Assembly (NCBI GenBank): GCA_051362555.1
Contig: CM120642.1
Span: forward strand, 31,248,001-31,312,000
Source: Lingula anatina
Lineage: Eukaryota; Animalia; Brachiopoda
Length of the DNA stretch: 64,000 bases
Reading direction: 5' to 3'
The position numbers were made by a program, and so were the translations under genes. Below are positions 14,120 through 25,086 of the stretch, piece by piece. Position 1 is the stretch's first letter, and each line of letters starts with the position of its first letter. The notes beneath the pieces are model-generated. The model was not told the origin of the DNA. It ran no database searches and saw only the letters and a program-made list of their open reading frames with translations.

Positions 14120-15639
14120 TCATTTTGTATCCATCCATGCGGGGCAGAATCCACACCGTTGCCATGGATATACTTTTCCACACGTGCAATCCTTGAGCTT
14201 GGCGCAGCAGCTGACGATGTAACCATAACAAGCCTCTTCTTCCCAGATGCAGCTCGGTTTTGGGTCCACGTGATGTCTGCACGTGGGCCAGTCCTTGTCC
14301 ATAATAAGCCCCCAGATACCTAGAGAAAATGGCAGTAAAATGTAGAAAGTAAGCCATGATAACTATTACTATACATCGGTATTCGTTGGAGTATTGAGTA
14401 AGAAGCTATGTGCAAATTATACTTCACTCGTAGACATTCTTTTTCAGATCTTTTTGTAGCTGACAACCGGCTACAATTCAGTTATCTACAGGTATCAACA
14501 AAAACGTAGGAAAAGAGAGAGAGGAATGAAGTATTTCATAAAACAATACTGTGAACATAGAAATTTATAATTTAAAAAAGACGTGAAACAGTTCTCTTTA
14601 GATATTTTGATTATACAATGCAGCTGCCCCTCTCAATGACAAGTATTATCATAGTGTTTACAATTAGGTATGTTTGGAGGTAGACAGATTGCCTCTGATT
14701 GACGGATGAAAAGTGGGTAAAACTGATGTTGTCGTTCGTTATTTAGTCTTAGGGGGTGTCACTGTTTTATGGAGTATTTTACACTAATAACCTGCTCTCT
14801 GGGCCTTGACTCTGTAGCTGACATAGGCCCCATTCAGAATAGGGGACTAACTAGCCCGAGGGTCAAATATGGCGACCCACTAAAAAGCTTGCCGTCTAAG
14901 CCGCTTATAGACAATGAATAGATATCCCGTGGGGAAGTATTCAAGTGGGTCGGCCATATTTGACCCTTAGACTAGGTAGTCCACTATTCTGAATGGGGCC
15001 AAACACGTAGAGGCGCAGAGTGCAGAGTGGAGAACGCTTTTAGGTAGAAGTAGATAGCTCAGCTCCTGTCGTTAAAGACATTTAACGGCAGAATTATGCG
15101 TTTAAATAGTGTAAATGTTTCCATAAATAATGCATACTGTTGTGTATACTTAAGGCTGGCCAAGCGGAGACAGTGTATGTTTTTAATGATTCTTTTTTCA
15201 TTTTTCATTGGCATTTTTTTTCCCCAAAGTTAGAAGTAGGCCTATGTGCATCTTTTCTGAATCACGAATATCGCTGCCATTCCAAGAAATTAAGTAAAGC
15301 GAAAGAATAATAAATCAGTAGAGACCGTTTTTTTGTCTTAATTCAAGTGTAAATAAAAAGGACGGATAATAAATTTATAGGGATTTTTTACTTCAGTTGG
15401 GTAAAATGTTTCTTTATCGCATCTTCACCTTCTGTATTACCTGGTGGTATGCAGAGACATTTTTCCTTTGAACTCGAAATGTCACAGCATCCTGGACTTC
15501 TGTCTTCAGGTCTTGCTTTGAACGGACATTTTGGCATGCGTTTTCCTTTGATTTCCTTTTTATGGGGATGGGACTTCACTGGAAGAGCTTGGTTCCATAG
15601 TAAAACCAGGAGGCATGTGACAATTATGAAGTACCGCAT
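14120..15639 (-). CDS. Secreted cysteine-rich peptide precursor (132 aa) with a knottin/agatoxin-like framework
   Basis: Exon 15639-15441 (donor G|GTAAT) joins in frame to exon 14319-14120 (acceptor TTTTCTCTAG). Signal-like N-terminus MRYFIIVTCLLVLLWNQALPVKS, a GKR processing site and 14 Cys after it. AATAAA on - at 14098-14093. Probable non-coding first exon with donor AG|GTGAGT at 15947/15946. Confidence 0.8.
14826..15000. mobile_element. PIF/Harbinger-like MITE, family C (intron of the peptide gene)
   Basis: TIR ggccccattcagaatag / ctattctgaatggggcc extends into longer imperfect arms. Homologous to 49566-50046. Confidence 0.85.
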
Positions 15640-16549
15640 CTCCGTTGTGAATCGGTTTCGGTGCTGGAAAAGTTTGGGTTAAATTATGCAGCTGCAAATA
15701 TTAATTTCGGTGTGTTAGTTTTTCATCTGTCTCTTTTTCATTGAAAATAAATTTCTGTTTTATCCTTGTAGAAAAAAAAAACAAAACGGCTCTAGGGTCT
15801 GGATGCTACCTTTGAGACCACAATTCATTATACACAAAGTTCATTCATGGTCTGCAAAATTAAATATGCATTGCTTCAGTATTATACTCAACCAATAATA
15901 ATATTTACTGATTATTCAAAAACTCTGTCTCATGAATAAGACTCACCTTTTGAAGAGAAGAAAGATAGTTGACTCAGATACGTGTACGCGTGATCATCAG
16001 AATTTATCTGCAGATATCAACCCCTTCCATATTTTATTACTCCTACTTTGTGTTTACATAAATGTATTTTAATATATTATAACTAGGGTCTCCCCTCAAT
16101 AATGCCATTACTATTAATTTGACATTCAAATAGTTTGCGTTAGAGGACTAATATGTAAAAATGTCAAATAACGGCGTAGACTCAAAGGGATACCGATTTT
16201 TCAAAATCCCCTTTCTTTACAGACGCCCATTTTTATGAGGCTTTTGAAACAATTCAGGCCTATCTAAACCTTCAATGGCCTATTGGTATTTGCAAACAGC
16301 ACAATGCAAACACTTAAACACCATTTTCTTAAAACCAGCACAAGTCATTATGAGTAATTCAGAAAAAGTCATGCGCAGTACGTTACCAGTCGGCCTGTCC
16401 CACGTGATTCCTACGGCCACGCCGCTTCATTTTCTCTATCCAAGCAGAAACATCAAGTGGTATGGGACTGAGATATGCGGTGGGAAAACTGGTGAACTTG
16501 TATTGTGGGTCCTCAAGTTTCGCCCCATGATGTATGTGTGTCAGGCGTT

Positions 16550-16815
16550 GGGCGACTAGTAAAGTGTCCGCGGAGGTGTGATCGAAACCCAAAATGTGAT
16601 GTACAAACTCAGCCACACTCTGGACAAGAGTTGGTTTGTGTAGGATCATGTTTTGGGCTCTTCTTTTCGTCTCACTTGTTGTCCCCTCTCCTTAAATTCT
16701 TGTGATTCTTGTGGATTACCAAACGCCAGGCACTCCGGTCTTTTGCAAAATCTGGCCAACTATTTAACCTAGCTATAGACGTAAATATGACAATCTTGAC
16801 TTTATCTGGTCATGA
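16550..16815 (-). mobile_element. Degenerate 3' end of an RTE-type non-LTR retrotransposon ORF
   Basis: Minus-strand translation across frameshifts gives HDQIKSRL..SWPDFAKDRSAWRLVI.. and CPECG*VCTSHFGFRSHLRGH, the W..LA.DR..WR motif plus terminal C2H2 finger of RTE-like LINEs. In-frame stops present. Confidence 0.7.
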
Positions 16816-16893
16816 GAGTCTTATTGATATGATCACATTGCGTGTATTCCACCTTACACTGAAGTATAACCCCTGAGACAAACTGTATTGTAC

Positions 16894-16993
16894 AGATCAC
16901 GGTGACGTCACATTCTCATGCATTCCACGTCACATAATCCTGGAGATCACGGTGACGTCACATTCTCATGCATTCCACGTCACATAATCCTGG
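16894..16993. repeat. Exact 2 x 50-bp tandem duplication, each unit carrying a CRE palindrome TGACGTCA
   Basis: agatcacggtgacgtcacattctcatgcattccacgtcacataatcctgg occurs twice. Confidence 0.9.
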
Positions 16994-17636
16994 TGTTGTC
17001 TGCGCATGCTGGAATTGTATTGTACTGAACACGGTGACAGTGACTACTTCTAGAAAGTTAAAACTCGTCAAACATCATTTAGCTTAATAATTAGTTTAAA
17101 GGAAGCTCATTTAATTAAATTTGTAAATGTATGTAGCCTACCCGAGTATCAAATGCTGTGTCCACCAATTATCGATGCAACAAAATGAATGAATTTAATG
17201 ATAAATGTTGGAAATTTAATAACGGTATATCTTGACCATAATAAAGTTTATTCTATATGGATTTTGGGAGGCTGGATACAACATAATAATATACTAAAAT
17301 TGCTAGATTAACTGTTTTTTCCTCACTCTTTTCAGCAATGAAGTGAAAAAACGTTCAAAACAAGAGCCCAAATTAAATTTGTGTGTTATTGCTTTGGACA
17401 CTCTTGGGTACAGAACAAACTAATAACAGTATGCCATAACTTAATACACAGCTGACACGTATACGTTTTCACCAGTCTGTAGGAGTAACATGTCTTCGAC
17501 GTTCCACGGTCTAGTCCAGCTTTTACCGTATTTGCATCATGATATGCAAAGTTAATGTTTCAAACGATAAAAGAAAATCAGGCTTAGGATAAAATTCCAA
17601 TAGCGTCTGATCACCAACTCATCTTATCAATAATAA

Positions 17637-17971
17637 AGGGATAATAATTCTTCGTATGCAATCTATATTTCACAATAAAATTATACTAAACAACTCATAG
17701 AAATATAATATATTCTGTTTTACCACAAAAACGGCAGTTATAGCTGTTATTCTGATATCTGAGCTTGTCATCGGATCGCGTGACCTCCATAAATGGCTAT
17801 ACTCCGTAGGCCCTATAAGAGATTATTACAAAAAAAAACACAAACTTTTTTAGAAAAAAAAAACAGGGACTTTGAATGTAGAAGTGGATTCATTAACCAT
17901 AAGTAAGTATGGGAAATTATTGTTTACTCCGGGAAAATTAATTTTTTGGCCACAACGAAGTTATTTTCCCT
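17637..17971 (+). mobile_element. Non-autonomous DNA transposon family D (Kolobok-like, TTAA-flanked), copy 1
   Basis: Ends agggataataattc / gttattttccct followed by TTAA. Aligns with 20368-20680 and with the reverse of 30732-31055. Confidence 0.75.
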
Positions 17972-18235
17972 TTAACACCCCACTATACATATCTGCAGCG
18001 ATGTTATCAGTGAAACGAAACTAAGCAACATGAAGAAAAATAATATGTTTTTATGGAATGTTACATAGGCCTACTTTACATCGTATAATGAAGAAAAAAT
18101 CCAATAAAAGCCTAATGAACATCTACAAATAGCTCAGTTACGTTAAAAGACACTGTTTACAGTTGCTTGTTTTATATCGTCTTGCGTAAAACCCGCGTCT
18201 TGACTCACATTCTCTTTTTATTTATGCAAAAATCT

Positions 18236-21162
18236 TTAGCGAATGTAAATGTTGCCATATGCCATATCGGGGTCTCGTTTATGTCTAGAACAGTCTCCCA
18301 TACCACATGGATCATGCACCGGACAGTACGTTATACAATTGGACGCCCGAAAGAAGTAATACGCAGACGATTCTATGTAGTACGAGTCTTGAGACGTAGT
18401 TAGAGCCGGACCTTCACCATTCAAACCAGTAATGGTTTGAGTATAAGTGGCGTGCAAGTACCTTGGAAGAGGGTCAACGCACGGATATTCGTCTTCGACA
18501 ACAGTTTTGACAAGGTAGCAGTCAATTGGCCCATTTATGAATTCTACCAGCTTGCTGCCATTACAGACGATCCAATTATTGATGGTTGATTTTACCATAA
18601 ATTGTCGGTTACCAATGGAGTTCCACAAGTCAAAATCCACGGCATTGAAATCTGTTTCGTTCAAGGGAGGGGTAACAGATATGGGAACATCTCCGTTAGG
18701 CGCTGACCAACTTGGACTTGGTGTTAGGGCACCTATCAAATTTGAGCTAAAATTTGTGAAAGTGTAACTCCAGACGAGAGTCCAGCCCCCTCCATCAGTG
18801 TCCATATCACAATAAACCTGCATAAAGAAAAGTGCAATTATGTCTTAAGATTATGTCTTAAAATTATTCTGTTCTCAATCATAGTTTTTATGACCGGTAT
18901 GTGGGACGAATAACTGAATACCTGTAGCGTTTTACCATTCTTGTCACAAAAGTTACAAAACTTGCAATCCAAGACTATCAAGTCAAGACAATGCAAAACG
19001 AAAAAGGTACATTTAATGAATTAATTGGTTCATAGAAGGCTAATATATTCCTTATGGTACCTGAAAAGTTTGGTCCTGTGTTGAGATCCAGTAGACACCT
19101 GTCACTGCTTCTGGTTGGGCTTCCAGAATATCTGTACAGTTAGCACCAGGGATTAACTCAGAACCACCTAAAATATTGAGAACAAATTCAGATATTTTCT
19201 ATTTGAACCCATCAGTCATGAAGTAGAAATGTATGATTTTCTTTATGTTTTTAATTTTTTCCGAAAGTTTTAGTTTTATTTTAAGACAAGTGGATTTTGA
19301 TTTCAATCATATACATCTGATGCAGTTGTGAATATGAAACAAAACACAATCAACATTTACTGAAAGTGATATATTTATGGTGATCACATTCAATCCACTC
19401 TCTCCTGGCCTACCTAGTTGACCAGAAGTAACAGGGTCTGTTGAAGATTCATTGGTAAGCACACTGCCTTCCGACGTCAGTGTAGTTGATGAATGAGGTG
19501 CTGACGTCACTACCGTAGACAGCAATGGCGTTGAGGGTAGTTGTGAGGTAAGTGATGTAAGTGTAGTAAGGGAAGCTGATGGCGTTACTCCGACAGACGT
19601 GGGTGTTTCCGGTGGCGTTACAGCTAACAGAGGTGGTGTTTCCGGTGGTGCTGCAGTTGACAGGGGTGGTGTTTCCGGTGGTGCTGCAGTTGACAGAGGA
19701 GGTGATGGCTTCAGTGCGATGGATGAAGCCGTTTCTTGCGTTGCAGTGACATTGGCCGTGTTGGCAGTACCATATTCTGATAGGTCATCGTTAGACTAGA
19801 AATATGTTTGAATGCATATACAGTACATGGCATTTGTTTGTGTATGAGTAAAATAAATTAAAAAAGCAGTATATTAAATCCTATTCATTTTTACAAGTTT
19901 TTTAAAATAGATAAATAAAAAAATGAGACAACATCAATATGAACTTTACCTTTATCCCATCACAGGAGAACTTCATAAGCACACAGTCGTTATCAACCAT
20001 GGCGTCTTGTATTACAGCTGGAGTTAACTCAGTTCTAAAAACGGTGCACATCCCCGGCGTGGCACAAAACTGCACAGATTTGGCCTCAGTTGATTTTAAT
20101 TTCATCCGTGCACAATCTTGAAGAGCTTCTTGGGGTTCCTGCATTAGGATGTCTCGGTTGGTGTCCGAGTTGCCATCCCTCCTCAAACCATTTAAGACTG
20201 TTGTTCTACATGATGCTACTTTAACACCTGTGACGATCAGTGTAGAGAAACCACAAATGATTCCTGAAATAAAATGAGAAATGAAATAAAAACAATTATA
20301 ACTTAATTTTCTCCAGGCAACAGCAGATTTATATAATGGTTCAGAAACTATGATAATTTTCACTTAAAGAGATAACAACTCTTCGTATGAGATATATATT
20401 CCAAAATAAAAACATTGTAAACAACTCATATAAATAAACTATATTCTATTTCACCACAAAAACGACAGTTAAAGCAATTATTCTGAAATTTGTGCTTGCC
20501 ATCGAACCATGTGACCTCCACAGATAGCTATTCTTTTTCTTTCTCAGCGAACTTTTTAGAAAAAAAAACAGGGTATAACCCTGATTGTAAAATTGGATTT
20601 ATTAACCATTGGTAAGTATGGGGAATCGTTGTTTGCCACAGGAAAATTCGTTTTTTCCAAAATGAAGAGTTGTTAACCTTTTAAAATCTAATTGAAGTTG
20701 ACTTAGACTACAGCGTTCCACTCCACTTCTGTATTATAAGTAGTGGCATGTCTCCAGCAAGACCAGCAGTACTTAATTTGGTATGAATATCATGTAATAT
20801 TTTGCAATTATTTTCTAATTATTTCAATTAACTTCTGGAAATACCGGTATATCTTTTATAATGTGTCTGGTATAACTCTTTCTTTCTTTAAAAAGTCATT
20901 GAAATGATGTTTATGTTAAAAGCCTGCATTGCATACATCAAACTCCCCTTAGAATCAGTAGTTGATTATTTTTCATAATGGCTTCGCACAAATTTCCCAC
21001 TTATTTTATAACATATGAAAGTATTTGTTTGCGTTTCTTCAAGTAGAGCTGTATATGCACATTTAAATCAATATTTGTATATTTCGTTGTTTACGTAATC
21101 AATTAAGTTGTTCACTTACCAAAGACAAGGATACCAACGACTAATTGCGACACGCGAGGCAT
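18236..21162 (-). CDS. Secreted protein (475 aa): signal peptide, PAN/apple-like Cys domain, mucin-like stalk, fibrinogen-like (FBG N-subdomain) C-terminal domain
   Basis: Exons 21162-21120, 20263-19950, 19795-19414, 19167-19061, 18817-18236 splice in frame (1428 nt). Motif NCTDILEAQPEAVTGVYWI..FQVYCDMDTDGGGWTLV is the fibrinogen-domain signature. The S/T/P-rich exon has PPLSTAAPPET repeats. The PAN call rests on Cys spacing only. Confidence 0.85.
20368..20680 (+). mobile_element. Family D element, copy 2 (intron 1 of the fibrinogen-like gene)
   Basis: Flanked by TTAA on both sides; aligns with 17637-17971. Confidence 0.75.
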
Positions 21163-21621
21163 TTCGAAGTTTCAGAACAAATCTGAACTGTCTTCTTCTG
21201 GAACTGTTTCTTAAATGACTTTTAAACGTAGATTCGATCATTAAAATTATGTATTTATTTGCCCATCACCATATCAACTTCGAGGATTTACGATGTTGGG
21301 CCCAGTTGCACCAACGGGTAATAAGTTTGTTCCGCTACGAGTGTCGTAAACTGGATTTGCAATTCAGTGATCATCAGTCCTTTGAGGCAACGTGTCCTTG
21401 TCGTTCCAAAGTATAGCCCAGGCTTCAACATTACTAACTGTGATTTCGAAATATTTGGTAATTTTTGGCACAAAAAAAGCAAACACTGGCAATGGTAGCA
21501 TTAAGGTCACTGTTTCGTGAAGACCGACACTAATGTCATGGTTTCAACGACAAAATTTTAAAGAACCTCTCATAAAAATAGAACATGAGATATGTTCAAA
21601 ACTGTTATGTAAAGGCGTAAA

Positions 21622-21689
21622 TGCGACATAGGATAGGGATGGGTGCGACATAGGATAGGGATGGGTGCGACATGGGATAGGGATGGGTG
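21622..21689. repeat. 3 x about 22-bp tandem repeat (tgcgacataggatagggatggg)
   Basis: Read directly. Confidence 0.85.
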
Positions 21690-22467
21690 TTCAACACCCA
21701 CCCCGAAGGTGCACATAAATTTGACAAGTTGTTGGAAAGGCTTTCCTTTCTTATATGATATACACACAATGGTCAATAGAAGTGTCACCCCTAAATCAAG
21801 AGTATTCAAAGTAGCTGGATCTTGAGTAGTTATAATGCCTGGTCTTCTTATAATGTGACTAATGAGTATAAAACCGCTGTACCATGGAATTGTTTTGTTG
21901 GTCTTTTTGTAAAATTTGGTGTAAATGAAATGATACCAGGAGCATATCATTCCATAGTCATTTATCTCCCCCCAAAGTATTGGTTCAGTAGGGGTGACAC
22001 TTCTATTGTCCAGTGTGTGTATTTCTAATTTGGTATGCATCTCCCACACACTTTTTTGCACAAAAATTTACCTACACCGTGTTTCTAACGTCTCAGTCGG
22101 GAGGAGAGGGGGGGGGGCTATTGCAAAACCATACCGTTTAGATGAATAATCCCCTACCCTGGGTTATTAGACGCACATTTGATAAATTGGTGTGTAATGT
22201 CCCACAGTCTGCCGAGTTAAAAATTCATAAGCTCCCCGGCAAAAAACATCATAAATTCACCCGTTTCGGGAATGTTCACATGGTTGCTCTGTCGCACTTG
22301 AAAACTTTGGGAAATAAAGTAATTGCTCTGAGCACTTGGCGCACTTTACTGATTATTTTCCAATATCTGCCATCAATTTACACTTTAACTGATCACTTAT
22401 CGTTTATGAAGTATTTATGCACCCCTATCAGCATATGCCACTGAACAAAGAAACGAGAACCCCGTTA

Positions 22468-22772
22468 GTGACGATCAGTGGACAGAAACTACGTACGATT
22501 TCTGAAATAAACAAAAAGGGGAACTGAATTCCCTTATTACTTCGGCCAGCAACATCAAATGCATGATACGATTCAGAAACTTAATTAATTTGATTTTTAA
22601 ATATAACTCGATTTTAATCATAGCATAAGAAATATAAATATAACTCGATTTTAATCATAGCATAAGAAGTAATAAACGTCCAACAAGTCGTATTCAACCT
22701 GTATTATAAGAAGTATTCAATCTTTCTTGCTTTTCTTTCTTGCTTCAAAACATCACTTAAATGACGTTAAAT

Positions 22773-22810
<38 letters not shown>

Positions 22811-23113
22811 CCAATGTTTTGACTTAATTATCTTGTCATTTATCAAGTTTACTTTTATTCCATTTCTTTCATACTAAAACTAGTTTATCCTTCAACTCAA
22901 ATTTATTTTAAGATCAAGATCACAATATTTCGTTGTTTATAAAATCAATTACTCAGATCACTTCCCAAAGACAACAATACCAACGACCAATCGCGGAACG
23001 CGAGGCATTTCGATGTTTCAGTGCACAACTCGTCTTCTCCTGGATCTAACATAACTTTTAAACGTCGATTCAGTAAAAAAAATAATATATTTGTTTGCCC
23101 ATTGCCATAACAA
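22468..23113 (-). pseudogene. Truncated duplicate of the 5' end of the fibrinogen-like gene
   Basis: Exon 1 copy 23008-22966 (MPRVPRLVVGIVVFG vs MPRVSQLVVGILVFG) has its donor mutated GT to GG. Intron-1 and 5' flank homology is visible. Only about 33 nt of exon 2 (22501-22468) remain. Confidence 0.8.
22775..22804. repeat. (TG)n microsatellite
   Basis: Read directly. Confidence 0.95.
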
Positions 23114-23879
23114 CGCTGGAGTTGGAGGCAACCGCTGCGCGTGAGTTACGACACGTTATGCAACAGGGCCCAGATATTTCTTTAATGAATTTCTTTAATG
23201 AATTCTGACTGTCAGCAGACGAAATATTGGCTGGCGAATCTCAGTTTTCCAATCTTTCGTCATCCATTGACATATGAAACTCTGTTTGTTTATTGAATGT
23301 TTTTGTTCAAAATGTTTCATAAAATGAAACGTTCGGAATGTCATGCTTCCCAGTACCTACCTGTATGTATACCTTTCAGAAAGGTGACATCGACATAAGT
23401 AACTTTTAATTGAGTTTTTATCGGTTTTAAGCTCTAAACTGGGAAAAATAAGTAGGCTTTGCATGATATGAAGACAAAAATTATCTCCCTTGGATATTTT
23501 CAAAGGAAGGTACAAGCTTACATATTATGCCTGCTATTTGATTTATTAATGTGATATATCAGTTTCATATATCGTTATTTGTATTACGTAAATGTAGTCA
23601 ACCTTTGAAGATATATTAGTGTACGATCGTTATAATCCTCACTGCGTGTCTGCAATCAATCAATCTTTATTAAGCAATATAACTTTAACCTTGTGGAGGA
23701 AAAAATAAATTTACGTTTTTACAGTTTGTGCAATAACCTACTCTCTAAAATTTGCAGGGTTAATACGTTTATCAAAGTTGGCTCTTTTAACCCTCCTAAC
23801 CGCTACCGTTTTGGCGGTAAAATGGAATTTACTACATTTTACGAATCGTTAACAATGCATTTATCGTGAAAAATGGACC

Positions 23880-24030
23880 AACAAGGAGTTTCTTTCGAAC
23901 CTTCCTTTTTGTCGGGAAAAGGTTCCCTTTAAGTAAAATAATATTTACGTACATGAACGTTTCATGATAAACGCTCCACTTTTTCAGAAAAAGACCCCCC
24001 CCCCTTTTGAAATTGCTGGCTGCGGGCCTG
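23880..24030 (+). mobile_element. MITE family B, partial copy 3
   Basis: Right half ccactttttcagaaaaaga..ccccttttgaaattgctggctgcgggcctg matches the end of 8232-8403. Left TIR not found. Confidence 0.7.
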
Positions 24031-25086
24031 GATCTCATACGAAGAGTTGATATACTTTTAATGTACAGTAGAAAGATACTTAATTAGGCCCTACTTAATT
24101 ATCAAGATACAGTAAATAATAAGATTTGCTTATCTATTATGAATGTAAAAAGGCCTTTGCGTACAGCATATGCTATAGAAATGGTAGTATACTAGTACAT
24201 ATCTGTACACCAAAATTTCGCTGTAGTTTTTAACTTGCTTCAAAATGTACAAAGACTTGTTTTATTTAAAATCCAAGCCCACCGGTTCATCGGTCTTTAT
24301 TAGTAGCTATACATTTTTCGCCTTCAAAGGTTCGACAATAAAATATTAATGGTTTTAGGTTACTTGCTCGGCTGCTGTAAAGTAATAAATCAGGACATGA
24401 TGTTGTTATGTCCATGATCAGGATGTATCTTTAGATTTGGTGCTGAATTGTATAAAATACCTTTTCAGTGGCTGACTTCCACCGCAGAATAAGTCAACAT
24501 TTTTCTATTTTCATTATTCTATAAGATCTTTCCAGGTACAAAATGTATAATGAATGTGCACCGATACTATATGTAAACAATAACATCTAACATCTGTTAC
24601 ACGGAAGTTATATTTAGACAGGGGAAGTACAGGTGACTCATAAAAACTTTTATTGGTTTCTGTTCAATCCCAAAAAACTGAGACATCTCACGAAGGAGTG
24701 CGTTAAAGACACATATATAACACATGCTGAGATCTTCATATGTTTAAACCAGAACAATTACCAGTACCTTTAAAGTGTGTATGCCGGGTATGTAGTTCCA
24801 ACCATTAGGAACTCGAGATATGTAAGCTCGAGTACAGATGGCCTGGTAAAGTTGAACTCATCGAATTTACTCTACACGTGTGATACACATAGCACGCGTT
24901 TACATTGAATTTATATTTCGCTTGGTGTAAAAGAAAAGTGGTTGCATGTGCTGGTGTCTAGCGGGTTCAAAAGAAAGGTGTCCAAAATATCCCGCTGTGT
25001 GACCTCAGTCGATTATTATAATCAAAACTGAGAAGATATCAACAAAAACACGCAGTACTAAGGGAGGAACATTATATCGCTGTACA

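Noticed and set aside
16275-16705. Short ORFs on both strands, one Cys-rich, as a second secreted peptide
   Set aside because: No signal peptide or splice support; much of the region is explained by a decayed RTE-like LINE on the minus strand.
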